The notes beneath the pieces are model-generated. The model was not told the DNA's origin and ran no database searches. It saw only the letters and a list, made by a program, of their open reading frames with translations. 32,000 bases of DNA, taken from positions 300,001 through 332,000 of the forward strand of contig NZ_CP036280.1 in the NCBI RefSeq assembly GCF_007748075.1, written 5' to 3'. Positions 1 through 8,363 of this stretch are shown piece by piece (positions within the stretch are counted from its first letter, which is position 1; every line of letters begins with the position of its first letter). The translations under genes and the position numbers were made by a program. This DNA is from Mucisphaera calidilacus (lineage in GTDB: Bacteria; Planctomycetota; Phycisphaerae; Phycisphaerales; Phycisphaeraceae).

Positions 1-1
1 C

Positions 2-283
2 CCGACGGCGACGAGCTGTGTCGGTCACGGCGGCATCGGTTTTGGTCTGGGTGGCGGGACGTACAAGTACGTTCTGTTCTTCAACACGCAGGAGGCGTAT
101 GACGCTTTCTACAGCGGCAAGTTCGGCTTCAATGCCTCGGCGACCGCGGTTGCCGGCCCGCACGGCAAGAGTGCTGACGCTGATTTCTTCAAGGACGTGA
201 TCATCATCTCGAACGAGAATGTTGGTCTGTTCGCGAACGCCGAGATCGGCCTGCACGGCTTCGACACCGAGCCGATCGACTGA
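2..283 (+). CDS. 3' end of a gene entering from upstream (93 aa in the window). Gly-rich C-terminal domain; function unassigned, with only a weak resemblance to SYLF/Ysc84-type domains.
   Basis: Open frame from position 2 to TGA at 281-283 with GC3-rich codons. It reads '...GHGGIGFGLGGGTYKYVLFFNTQEAYDAFYSGKFGFNASATAVAGPHGKSADADFFKDVIIISNENVGLFANAEIGLHGFDTEPID*'. It is absent from the ORF track because it has no start in the window. A hairpin plus T-tract follows it. Confidence 0.5.
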   Translation, partial: PTATSCVGHGGIGFGLGGGTYKYVLFFNTQEAYDAFYSGKFGFNASATAVAGPHGKSADADFFKDVIIISNENVGLFANAEIGLHGFDTEPID

Positions 284-315
284 TCCGCCCGGAAGAACTT
301 GATTGCATGACGCAG

Positions 316-345
316 CACGCCTCCTGACGGGGGCGTGTTGTTTTT
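316..345 (+). terminator. Candidate rho-independent terminator between convergent genes
   Basis: Stem cacgcctcc (316-324), loop tgac, stem gggggcgtg (329-337; one mismatch), followed by ttgttttt (338-345). It lies 33 nt after the upstream stop and overlaps the stop codon of the minus-strand kinase gene. Confidence 0.5.
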
Positions 346-1828
346 AGGCGGCGTTTCGGTGGTCGTTCTGCCTGGCCCACTGGCTGCACCGAGCGATGAG
401 GTGTTTGGCGTTGATGGGCTTGGAGAGGTAATCGTCGCAGCCGGCGTCGAGGCATTTCTGGCGGTCGGTGTCCATGACGTGCGCGGTGAGGGCGAGGATG
501 GGGCCGGCGTAGTGGCTGGCCCGGAGTCGTCGTGTGGCCTGGTAGCCATCGAGGACGGGCATCTGCATGTCCATGAGGATGACGTGGGGGTGCTGATCGG
601 CGGGTGTGTTCTCGATCGTCTGCACGGCGAGGAGGCCGTTGTCGCAGAGGGTGACGTCGGCCCCGGCCTTGCGCAGGTGGTGGGCGATGAGTCGCTGGTT
701 GTCGGGTCCGTCCTCGGCGAGGAGGACGCGTCGATTCATGAGTGAGACGTCGCAGGTGGTGGGGGTGTTTTCGCAGCTGCGCCGCCGGTTCTCGCGTTCC
801 AGCTCGGTGAGGATGTCGTCGGGGGCGATCATCTGGGCGTGGCTCAGGTCGCCGGTGTGCACGGTCAGGGTAAAGGTGCTTCCCTTGTCTTTGGTGGAGG
901 CGATATCGATGCGTCCGCCGAGCAGTCGGGCGAGGCTGTTGGAGATGGAGAGTCCGAGACCGGTTCCGCCGAAGCGTCGCGACATGCTCGAGTCGGCCTG
1001 GGTGAATGCCTGGAAGCTGTTGAGTTGTTGGAGTTGTCCAGCCGTCATGCCGATGCCGGTGTCCCGGATGCTGAAGCTGAGCGTCTGTGTCGCAGCTTCG
1101 CAGCTGGCGACGATGTCGACGCTGCCGTGGGCGGTGAACTTGATGGCGTTGCCGATGATGTTGATGAGCACCTGCCTGAGGCGTGTGGGGTCGGTCTGGA
1201 TGATGGCGGGCAGGCTGCTGATAAAGCTCGAAGTGAGTTGGATCTGCTTGTCGTCGGCTCGCGGCTTCATGATCGCGACGACGTCGCTGAGGAGCCGGAC
1301 GGGGTTGGTGTCGATCATCTCGACGGACATGCGTCCGGCCTCGATCTTGGACATATCGAGGATGTCGTTGATGACGCTGAGCAGGTGGTTGGCGTTGTTG
1401 TGGATGGTGTGGGCGATGCGTCCGACTTGATCGGCGTCGTGTTCGATATCGATCTCGTTGTTGAGCAGTTCGGCGTAGCCAAGGATCGCGGTCATGGGTG
1501 TGCGGATCTCGTGGCTCATGTTGGCGAGGAACTCGGACTTGGCGCGGCTGGCGGCCTCGGCCTGATCGCGTGCGATGCGCATCTGCTCCTCGGCGATCGT
1601 TCGTTCGGTGATCTCGCGTCGCAGAGCCTCGTTGGCCTGCGCGAGTTCCATGGTCCGCTCGCGGATGGTCTGCTGCATGACGATGTTGGACTCGAACATG
1701 GCGTAGGCGCTGCCGGCGTTGTCGACGGTGCGTTCGATGCGGTCCATCATGGCGAGGTTCATGCGTTCGAGACGCTGAATATGTTCCCGCAGCTCGCGGA
1801 CCTCCTGGCTGTCGTCGTGCTGGTTCAT
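344..1828 (-). CDS. Hybrid sensor histidine kinase / response regulator (coiled-coil N-terminus, HisKA, HATPase_c, C-terminal REC)
   Basis: H-box 'MSHEIRTPM', N-box 'LINIIGNAIKFT', G1 'RDTGIGM', G2 'GGTGLGLSIS'. The receiver domain has 'ILMDMQMPVLDG' and 'YLSKPI'. The start ATG overlaps the stop of the upstream FIST gene (ATGA at 1825-1828). Confidence 0.9.
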   Translation of the reverse strand: MNQHDDSQEVRELREHIQRLERMNLAMMDRIERTVDNAGSAYAMFESNIVMQQTIRERTMELAQANEALRREITERTIAEEQMRIARDQAEAASRAKSEFLANMSHEIRTPMTAILGYAELLNNEIDIEHDADQVGRIAHTIHNNANHLLSVINDILDMSKIEAGRMSVEMIDTNPVRLLSDVVAIMKPRADDKQIQLTSSFISSLPAIIQTDPTRLRQVLINIIGNAIKFTAHGSVDIVASCEAATQTLSFSIRDTGIGMTAGQLQQLNSFQAFTQADSSMSRRFGGTGLGLSISNSLARLLGGRIDIASTKDKGSTFTLTVHTGDLSHAQMIAPDDILTELERENRRRSCENTPTTCDVSLMNRRVLLAEDGPDNQRLIAHHLRKAGADVTLCDNGLLAVQTIENTPADQHPHVILMDMQMPVLDGYQATRRLRASHYAGPILALTAHVMDTDRQKCLDAGCDDYLSKPINAKHLIARCSQWARQNDHRNAA

Positions 1829-2958
1829 GCTGCGTCCCCGATCGCGACGCCCGTCATGGTCTGGTTGACGTGTAGCCCGTTGTACTGCTCGCCATAGGTT
1901 GAGAACCCGACGACGGGTAGGCTGTGGAACGCCCGCCCCGCCTCAGCGAGTGTGCCGTTTTTCTGTGACTCCAGTCGCCGCATGATGCAGTCGAAGGCGA
2001 TGATGATCTGTGGGCTGGAGAGTTGCTCGTTGATGGCATCGACCTGCTGGCGGATGCTCTGTGTGAGGTTGTTGCCGCGTGCGATGCGCATGACGAGTCC
2101 CTCGTCGATGGCGCAGTAGAGGGTGAGGCTGTTGTCGTCGTTAGCGCTCTGGATGGCGCGCATGAAGTATTCGCCGCCGATGGAGAGCATGAGCGGGTTG
2201 GCGGCGAATACGCTGGCGTTGAGCTCTTCGACGTCTCGGCCGATGGCCTTGGCGTACCCGATCGCGGCGGGATACCCGTTGATCTCGATGACGATTCGTT
2301 GGTCGGGGATGGCGCGGGTGATGACCAGCCGCTGGTCTGTGGGTTCGAAGTGGTGCGTGTGGAAGACCCGGTAGGGCAGCGTCGTGTTGACGAGTGCCAG
2401 CGCCGCTGCGTTGCGACAGGCTTCGCCGTTGACGGCCACCCAGGTTTCGCGGAAGCGCATGTTGTCGCCGGCCGATCCGCCCACGAGCGGCTTGTCGCCG
2501 AGGATGTTGTAGAGGGCGGCCGCGACTTGCTCCTCGGCCATGCTCAGGCCGTCGATGAGCAGCATGCCGAAGTCGGGGTTGCTGAGACGGCCGGAGTCGA
2601 TGAATTCTTCCTTGGCACGCAGTGTGTCGAAGGTGCTCAGGTCACGGATGAGATGGGGTTCAAAGCTCAGTTCGTCGGAGGTGATGGCGGTCGCGATGAT
2701 GCCGCCGCGGGTGTAGCCGTGATCGGCCCCGAGTTCGCCTGCGGTGGTGCATCCGATGGAGGGGGCATGGATCGCGTCGTCGAGGAGCGAGGCGACGGTC
2801 TTGAAATCGTAATCGGGGCTGGCGAAGTAAGTGAGTGCGTCGGCGTGTGTGCAGCCGAGCTGATCGATCAGGTGCGCGACGGCGCGTTGGGGGTTCGTTT
2901 CTGAGGTGGTGGCGATGGCCGTTTTCAGTCGAGATGACGCGGTGATGGCTGGAAGCAC
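1825..2958 (-). CDS. FIST-domain sensory protein (FIST_N + FIST_C), co-transcribed with the hybrid kinase
   Basis: 377 aa. It has a FIST-like layout, with 'YFASPDYD' near the N-terminus and 'VVGFSTYGEQ' near the C-terminus. There is a 4-nt ATGA overlap with the downstream kinase gene. Confidence 0.8.
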   Translation of the reverse strand: MLPAITASSRLKTAIATTSETNPQRAVAHLIDQLGCTHADALTYFASPDYDFKTVASLLDDAIHAPSIGCTTAGELGADHGYTRGGIIATAITSDELSFEPHLIRDLSTFDTLRAKEEFIDSGRLSNPDFGMLLIDGLSMAEEQVAAALYNILGDKPLVGGSAGDNMRFRETWVAVNGEACRNAAALALVNTTLPYRVFHTHHFEPTDQRLVITRAIPDQRIVIEINGYPAAIGYAKAIGRDVEELNASVFAANPLMLSIGGEYFMRAIQSANDDNSLTLYCAIDEGLVMRIARGNNLTQSIRQQVDAINEQLSSPQIIIAFDCIMRRLESQKNGTLAEAGRAFHSLPVVGFSTYGEQYNGLHVNQTMTGVAIGDAA

Positions 2959-3145
2959 GGGCCGATCTCCTCGGGGATAGGGCTTCTATCGGCCGTCCTG
3001 GAGACGGAGTGGCCTGGAATCGGGCGTATAGCGTGTTAGAGCTGAGAAGCTATAGGTGGTGTGTGGGTTGAAGCCGTGTGGGTTATGCCGGTTGTGCGGG
3101 TGGTTGCTGTTGCGGGGATGAGGCGGTAGTGTTGTGGGGTTGAAT

Positions 3146-3186
3146 GCGGGTGTAGTTCAGTGGTAGAACGTCAGCTTCCCAAGCTG
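3146..3186 (+). repeat. attL: 41-nt fragment identical to nucleotides 1-41 of tRNA-Gly(CCC) (acceptor 5' strand, D-arm, anticodon arm); truncated tRNA copy
   Basis: gcgggtgtagttcagtggtagaacgtcagcttcccaagctg is identical, 41/41, to 11421-11461. Identity stops abruptly on both sides. No T-arm or acceptor 3' strand follows the left copy. Confidence 0.9.
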
Positions 3187-3222
3187 GTCTATCACTGAAC
3201 GACCCAGCCCGAATATATCAAT

Positions 3223-4140
3223 TCATCCCCGGGAAGCAAGAACCTCGGCGCTTTCTCTACCCCACCCAGCCGTCACAAGCTGCTCCATGCTCTCGATGGC
3301 GTCGATCAGCTCGAGATCGTAGTAGTGCTCTGTCATGTCGCCGCTGGTGTGGCCGAGCAATCTCTGTGCAGCCTCTTTACCGGCCACCCTTCTCGCTATC
3401 GTTGCTGCTGATCTTCGCAGCTGTCCCGGTGTGACCACGTCGATTCCCTGCTTTTTACAGGCTCTGCGCATGACCTGGGCGTACGTGTTGGTCGTGTAGG
3501 GTCCAGCTGGCCGGCGAGGCTTCATGAAGACATACCCCTCTCCGTCTTTTGGCATGAATTCTCTTGCACATAATGGTATTACGATGGTTCGGGTTTTCCC
3601 GTAGTGCTGGGTCTTGTGGTGCTCCGGGATGTAGACCGTCCATCCCTCGATTTTTTGCAGCTGATCGAATCGCATCGCGCAGACTTCACCTGGTCGCATG
3701 CCACAGAGCCACTGAACCATCACCATCGACGCCACCGGTTGCGGACAGATTCTGGCCAGGTGGTGGACTACTTCTCGACCAACGAGCTTTGAAATCGTCC
3801 GCTCTCTGCAGCTGGTTCGTCCGAATCTCAGCGGTTCCATGAGCTTGAGTTGATGAGCTACCTCAGCCGGGATGAGCTCTCGTTGTGCCGCCCACCGGAA
3901 ACACCCACGGACCCACCCGCACCACTGATTCACCGTAGATCGCTGAAGGCCGCGTTCTAAGAGCTTGTCGCGGTACATGCGGAAGGATGCCAGGTTGAAT
4001 CTGTCGGCCCTCAGATCCGATCTGAGTGGACGTAGGGCGATTTCGAGGTTCTTGGCATGCCTCGTAGGAGTCCCGTCACCACGCCGATAGTACTGGTCAG
4101 CATGATCCAGATATCCCCGGATCAGCTCATCGAGCGTCAT
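3223..4140 (-). CDS. Tyrosine recombinase / phage integrase of the prophage
   Basis: Motifs 'MRPGEVCAMR' (Arg I), 'HKTQHYGKTR', 'LRRSAATIA', 'LLGHTSGDMTEHYY' (His/Arg/Tyr nucleophile region). The preferred start is ATG 4140, preceded by ggaggg. The track ORF extends to a GTG at 4239, which remains possible. Confidence 0.85.
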   Translation of the reverse strand: MTLDELIRGYLDHADQYYRRGDGTPTRHAKNLEIALRPLRSDLRADRFNLASFRMYRDKLLERGLQRSTVNQWCGWVRGCFRWAAQRELIPAEVAHQLKLMEPLRFGRTSCRERTISKLVGREVVHHLARICPQPVASMVMVQWLCGMRPGEVCAMRFDQLQKIEGWTVYIPEHHKTQHYGKTRTIVIPLCAREFMPKDGEGYVFMKPRRPAGPYTTNTYAQVMRRACKKQGIDVVTPGQLRRSAATIARRVAGKEAAQRLLGHTSGDMTEHYYDLELIDAIESMEQLVTAGWGRESAEVLASRG

Positions 4141-4261
4141 GGGCCCTCCATCGGTTGTACGGACCGCACGCTTTACGAGTTGGTCCCAACTCGCAGCGTG
4201 CGGTGATGGTGCGGCCGGGGCATTCGCCCTCGGCCGCACGCCCTACGAACGGGTACGGACG

Positions 4262-5689
4262 TCAATCTTCCAGATCTTCCCAGTCGTCGTCGTCCAGATC
4301 GGCATCATCTTCATCGGCAGGGTCGTGGTCGGCCGCCTCGTCGTCCTCTTCGTCGTCGATATCTTCGTCCGCCTCGTCCTCGTCGGCCATGTCCTCGTCT
4401 GCCTCGTCCTCGATCTCTTCATCTTCTTCTTCATCTTCGAACCTGAGTCTCACGAAGATGAAAAACCGCCTATCGTCCTCACGCTCATCGATGCCGCTTG
4501 CAATTGTAGTGCCAGGCAGACGTGGCCCGCCGCTCTGGGTCGTCGATGAATGGAAACCACCGAGTACCGCTACGCCGCCATTCCCCAGGTAGACCTGGGA
4601 CTTGATCCGTCTCGTTGCGATCGTCGGCAGGCCGTCAACGAACTCCCGCACGCTCGACAACTCCGGCTCGATATCCAGACGTGCCTTGCCAGCGTCGACA
4701 CTGTGAGCTCGCACCTTGATCTGTAGGCCCGTCTGGAAGACCTGGGTATCCACATCGGTAACGGTGCCCTCTGGCGAAGCCACGCGTTGGCGAACGTTAA
4801 TCTCGTCGCCCGCTTCCAGCGTCGCCTCGTCGCCCTCGACCAGGTGCAGCGTCACCTGTTCGGCATTGAGTCCCTGCGTCGCCTGCGAGTCTCCAAAGAG
4901 GATGCCCGACAGCGTCGCCTGCAGGGAACTCGTAAAGGTGCCTGTCAGCGGGTCCAGCTGTCCGTCCCATTGAAGTAGCTGGTCCCCGGACAGGGCCATG
5001 TCGATTCCAAGCGATCGCGTCTGCGAGTCGGTGAGCTCGACCATGACGAGCTCAATGTGATATTCACGCCGGCAGCCCGATACCGCCTCGTGAAACCGCC
5101 GGACTCGTGTAATGGTTTCTGCTGTGTCCCTCACCACTATGAGATCTCCTATGCCGTTGGCCCGGACTCGCTCCGAGCCCGCAAGTGAATAGACGTCGAT
5201 CCAGTCCGTCGCGTCTCCCGATGGCACCGCGAAGACCGCGACGTCGTAGTCTCCCTCTGTCGGCTTCCCGACATAGACGTACCCGTCACGTTGGGCCACC
5301 ACGCCACCGCCGCCGCACCGCTCCGCCATTGCCGAAAGGATCCGGTCGATCGGTGTGTTCGTGAACTTGCCTGAGAACTCGAGTCCTCGGCTCTCGTCAT
5401 CGAGGATGACGGTGATGCCCTCATATGCCAGGCATCGAGCCAGATGCCCCATCGGTCCCTCGACTGTGAGACTCACCCGCTTCTGCCTCAGCGGATCCGG
5501 CTTGATCTCTTCCGGCTCCAGCCTCTGCAGTGCTTCCTGATTCGTCGCGTCTGCGATCACCGGCAGCTTGATCGGCTGCCCACTTTGCGGCTGTGGCTTG
5601 TTGTAGATCGGCACCTGTGACGATGACAGGCAACCCGAGAGGCACAGGCACATCAAGATCACGTATGTTCCAGAGCGTTTCACCGTCAT
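4262..5689 (-). CDS. Secretin (phage pIV-like outer-membrane channel) with a lipoprotein signal peptide and a 58-aa poly-acidic C-terminal tail
   Basis: 'MTVKRSGTYVILMCLCLSGC' is a signal peptide plus lipobox. The secretin C-domain signature is 'GLPTIATRRIKSQVYLGNGGVAVLGGF...LPG...RRFFIFVRLR'. It lies immediately downstream of the Zot-like gene, as in Ff gI-gIV. The start is taken as ATG 5689; the track's TTG at 5704 is the alternative. Confidence 0.75.
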   Translation of the reverse strand: MTVKRSGTYVILMCLCLSGCLSSSQVPIYNKPQPQSGQPIKLPVIADATNQEALQRLEPEEIKPDPLRQKRVSLTVEGPMGHLARCLAYEGITVILDDESRGLEFSGKFTNTPIDRILSAMAERCGGGGVVAQRDGYVYVGKPTEGDYDVAVFAVPSGDATDWIDVYSLAGSERVRANGIGDLIVVRDTAETITRVRRFHEAVSGCRREYHIELVMVELTDSQTRSLGIDMALSGDQLLQWDGQLDPLTGTFTSSLQATLSGILFGDSQATQGLNAEQVTLHLVEGDEATLEAGDEINVRQRVASPEGTVTDVDTQVFQTGLQIKVRAHSVDAGKARLDIEPELSSVREFVDGLPTIATRRIKSQVYLGNGGVAVLGGFHSSTTQSGGPRLPGTTIASGIDEREDDRRFFIFVRLRFEDEEEDEEIEDEADEDMADEDEADEDIDDEEDDEAADHDPADEDDADLDDDDWEDLED

Positions 5690-6845
5690 AGTCGCTAATT
5701 CCAAGTAGTGTAAATTGACCGATCGTCTGTCCGACCCTCGTGACCTTGCCGTCGGCCACCACGTACCCGGCGCCGACCACGGTTACCAAGGGTGCTTTGT
5801 ACTCTTGCTCTTTTTCTTTCTTTTGCTTCGTCTGGACCGCGAACCTCTCGCCGCTCGTCACCGGCCTCGTCTGCTTCACCTGGGGCTTTTCAGTCTCACT
5901 GCATCCTCCAGTAATGACTGGTGACACGACTGCACACGCTACGCATGCCGCCGCCGCTAATGACCACCTCTTCCATCGTCCCCTCTTCTTTGTTGGAGTC
6001 CCGCCTACGTTATCTTGCTTTTTGACTGGTTCACCTTCGACTTGTTCGCGTACCTGATTCAACTTGTTCTCCAATCTTCTACGGCCGCCCATGTGTGTAT
6101 ACGAGTCATAACAGCGGAATATCGTTCCCTTGTTCAGTGCCGGAATAAGGACATCGGTGTTGATCGGCTGAACCTGAGCCAGCTTCTGCCCGTCTTTGAC
6201 CATCTCTCCCGGATATTCCTCGTATGCGAAGGCCGCCAGAGGCAGCTTGAGCCCGAACAAGAACGGCAATCGCCGTTTGTCGCTGCAGTGAATCAGCGTC
6301 GCCATGTTCCGCCGCCAAGGGATTGACACCTGCATGCGATCCTGAGTCAGGAGGATGATCCAATGGATGTGATGACGATGCATCGTGGCGTAAGTCAGGA
6401 ACGCGGGGTCTTCGTCCTTCTGGAGACGCTGATCCGCCCATCGATGAAACTCGTCGAGGATGAAGACCGAACCCGGATAGAACCACTGTGCATCCGGCCC
6501 CTCGTAGACGTGCTCCCCTTGCTCCATCTGGAATCGACGCTCAATCTCACCGTGTCCTATACCCTGAGCTTGCAACTTCTCCTTGTACTCGGCGAAAGAT
6601 TCGTTCCTTTTCATGAACCGATAGAAGTGGTTGCGATCGATGCTGTGGACGTATCGTGTGAGCTTCTCGTCGCCGGACTTGATGAGCAGATACTGCCTCA
6701 AGACTCGCATCTTGAGCGGTAGATTCGTGTAGACCGGCCTGCGTTGTCTCAGCACTGCCCGAACCATCAGGTCGACCGCACCGTAAGACTTCCCGCTTCC
6801 CGGAGCCCCTTGCCATATGTCGATGCCGTGCCGCAGGTCGCTCAT
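5421..6845 (-). CDS. Zot / pI-like phage assembly ATPase (N-terminal P-loop NTPase, central TM helix, periplasmic C-terminus)
   Basis: Walker A 'GAPGSGKSYGAV' close to the N-terminus, Walker B 'VFILDEFHRW', TM segment 'WSLAAAACVACAVVSPVITGG'. The start is taken at ATG 6845 ('MSDLRHGIDIW'), which overlaps the upstream stop as TGATG. The 32 extra N-terminal codons in the track would overlap the pVI-like gene. Confidence 0.8.
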   Translation of the reverse strand: MSDLRHGIDIWQGAPGSGKSYGAVDLMVRAVLRQRRPVYTNLPLKMRVLRQYLLIKSGDEKLTRYVHSIDRNHFYRFMKRNESFAEYKEKLQAQGIGHGEIERRFQMEQGEHVYEGPDAQWFYPGSVFILDEFHRWADQRLQKDEDPAFLTYATMHRHHIHWIILLTQDRMQVSIPWRRNMATLIHCSDKRRLPFLFGLKLPLAAFAYEEYPGEMVKDGQKLAQVQPINTDVLIPALNKGTIFRCYDSYTHMGGRRRLENKLNQVREQVEGEPVKKQDNVGGTPTKKRGRWKRWSLAAAACVACAVVSPVITGGCSETEKPQVKQTRPVTSGERFAVQTKQKKEKEQEYKAPLVTVVGAGYVVADGKVTRVGQTIGQFTLLGISDYDGETLWNIRDLDVPVPLGLPVIVTGADLQQATAAKWAADQAAGDRRRDESGSTAEAGAGRDQAGSAEAEAGESHSRGTDGASGSMPGI

Positions 6846-7117
6846 CAGCCGCCGCCGATTGCAGGAATGAAGGTGATCAGCCAACGAGCCGCACGTATCG
6901 CGTACTTCGCCGTGAGGCCCGCCGCCAACAATGCCAGGCATTCATTCAGAGGCAGCACCTGATTCCAGATGCCCCAATACTGAGAGACAAATGTGAACAT
7001 TGAAACGAGATCGAGATTCTCGAAGTCAATCGGGATGTACTCTTCCAACAGCGTGAGGGTGAACTCTTTGAGTTGCTCCCACGCGTCTAGGATGGCGTCG
7101 AGGATGGCCTGAAACAT
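6845..7117 (-). CDS. Small hydrophobic virion/assembly protein, pVI-like by position and size
   Basis: 90 aa with hydrophobic segments ('MFTFVSQYWGIWNQVLPL', 'LALLAAGLTAKYAI', 'WLITFIPAIGGG'). TGATG overlaps occur at both ends. Its position between the putative adsorption protein and pI matches Ff gVI. Confidence 0.5.
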   Translation of the reverse strand: MFQAILDAILDAWEQLKEFTLTLLEEYIPIDFENLDLVSMFTFVSQYWGIWNQVLPLNECLALLAAGLTAKYAIRAARWLITFIPAIGGG

Positions 7118-7896
7118 CAGTTACGCCTCGTCTCGTTAATCGGCATCATCGCCGCTTGCACGCCTGCAAGACCTATCATGATGGCGTTGAACATCGTCTG
7201 GATCGGCGTACCGACGTACCAATCCCAATCAATCGTCGTGGTGACCGGCGTACCGACAGCCTGCATTCCCGGCAGACCCTGAATCACAATATCCCAGTCC
7301 CCGCTGGATGTTGCGATGTCGTAGTTGATCTCGGGTATCTCGATGGCCTCGGGTGCGTCCCCGAACTGATATCCGCCGCTTGTCCCGCTTGTCGGTGGAG
7401 CCGTCTCCTCCCCCGCGACGTAGGGCAGTGAATCCCAGTTGAGACGCACTTCGTCCACCACTAATCGGATGCCGTTGTGCATGTTGATCTCATTAGATGT
7501 CACACTTGGCGATGAGAGCAGGAAGTTTGTTGGATTCGGATTTCCCCGAGCGTAGACGTCCCATATCGGCAGATATCCGATGTAGCTCGCAGGCTCTATG
7601 ACCTCCACTTTGATGAATGAGTCGGTACGTGAGAATTGAATTGTTACTCTCGTCCAGTGCGTGACGTTCTCAAGCCCCTCTGGCATTGGCTTGAACCAGA
7701 ACGTACTCGTATTGCCGAATACTGGTATCTCTATCTGATTATAGCTATAGCCACTCACCCGGCCATCAAACACACAGCCTCCGGACGCCGCAGAATCAAG
7801 CACGATGTGCGGGTCGTTCACCGTATTGAGATTAATGATCGTTGCAAATGCTTGGTTCGCCGATATCACGATGGCCAGGAGAATCATGTATCTCAT
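7117..7896 (-). CDS. Secreted minor coat / adsorption protein candidate (pIII-like by position)
   Basis: The internal start ATG 7896 gives 'MRYMILLAIVISANQAFA', a signal peptide. The C-terminus has a hydrophobic anchor, 'MFNAIMIGLAGVQAAMMPI'. ATGA overlaps the upstream stop. The 67 extra codons in the track overlap the upstream gene. Confidence 0.6.
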   Translation of the reverse strand: MRYMILLAIVISANQAFATIINLNTVNDPHIVLDSAASGGCVFDGRVSGYSYNQIEIPVFGNTSTFWFKPMPEGLENVTHWTRVTIQFSRTDSFIKVEVIEPASYIGYLPIWDVYARGNPNPTNFLLSSPSVTSNEINMHNGIRLVVDEVRLNWDSLPYVAGEETAPPTSGTSGGYQFGDAPEAIEIPEINYDIATSSGDWDIVIQGLPGMQAVGTPVTTTIDWDWYVGTPIQTMFNAIMIGLAGVQAAMMPINETRRN

Positions 7897-8363
7897 ACGT
7901 GCAGACTCCTCTTGCTCCACGAGGCGTAACTGAATCCCCACAAACCCATACCGATCAGGAATGCGAGCAGGGCATCGGTGATCGACTCGTCGGTGTTCCG
8001 CTCGCCTGGCGTATAGAAACCCGGCGTCCCGATCACCACCGTTTCCGTTGGCAGATCCTTCACGTTGAAGGTCCCCATCCATCCCTCTCCAGTCCACCGC
8101 ATATCCGGTGTGATGTCACCGTTGGCGTTGACCGCCCACAGCGTCCCGCCGTTACCGTCGCCGTACTGGAGCACTTGTACGGTGAACCCGTCGAGTGTAA
8201 AGGTCAGGCTGTTGGCGTCGGGCATGTGTCCGCCCACGACGTCGACGATGGCACCGTTGGATATGTGCCTGCATTCCAAAGGCAAACCCACCGTGTCCGA
8301 TGGGTCCGCCGCTGCGATCATCGGGAATGCTACCCCGCAGATAAGCACTCCCAACCAGATCAC
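7893..8363 (-). CDS. Secreted, C-terminally TM-anchored virion protein candidate (156 aa, GTG start)
   Basis: The GTG at 8363 overlaps the TGA stop of the major-coat-like gene (ATGTGA). The N-terminus '(M)IWLGVLICGVAFPMIAAA' is signal-like. The C-terminus 'DALLAFLIGMGLWGFSYASWSKRSLHV' is a TM helix plus a basic tail. The longer track ORF (to 8771) overlaps two better-supported genes. Confidence 0.5.
   Translation of the reverse strand: MIWLGVLICGVAFPMIAAADPSDTVGLPLECRHISNGAIVDVVGGHMPDANSLTFTLDGFTVQVLQYGDGNGGTLWAVNANGDITPDMRWTGEGWMGTFNVKDLPTETVVIGTPGFYTPGERNTDESITDALLAFLIGMGLWGFSYASWSKRSLHV

Noticed and set aside
606-2904. Long plus-strand ORFs opposite the kinase and FIST genes (606-1430, 839-1897, 2023-2904, 335-745)
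   Set aside because: They are antisense shadows typical of high-GC DNA. Their sequences are low-complexity Arg/Ala/Gly/Val-rich with no motifs. The minus-strand frames carry complete HisKA/HATPase/REC and FIST signatures.
3055-3145. Canonical G-quadruplex in the GT-rich tract
   Set aside because: The G3+ runs are separated by loops of >10 nt, so the standard G3N1-7 pattern is not met. The tract is kept only as a compositional oddity.
4155-4592. 145-aa Ser-rich plus-strand ORF (and 4139-4549) opposite the secretin 3' end
   Set aside because: The poly-Ser/Val runs are simply the antisense of the GAN-rich (Asp/Glu) codons of the acidic tail. No start context is present.
6846-6941. 32-codon N-terminal extension of the Zot-like ORF, and similar extensions of 7117-8097 and 10635-11153
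   Set aside because: Each extension overlaps the preceding, better-supported gene out of frame. The internal ATGs fall exactly on start/stop overlap junctions and give sensible N-termini: Walker A near the N-terminus, and signal peptides.
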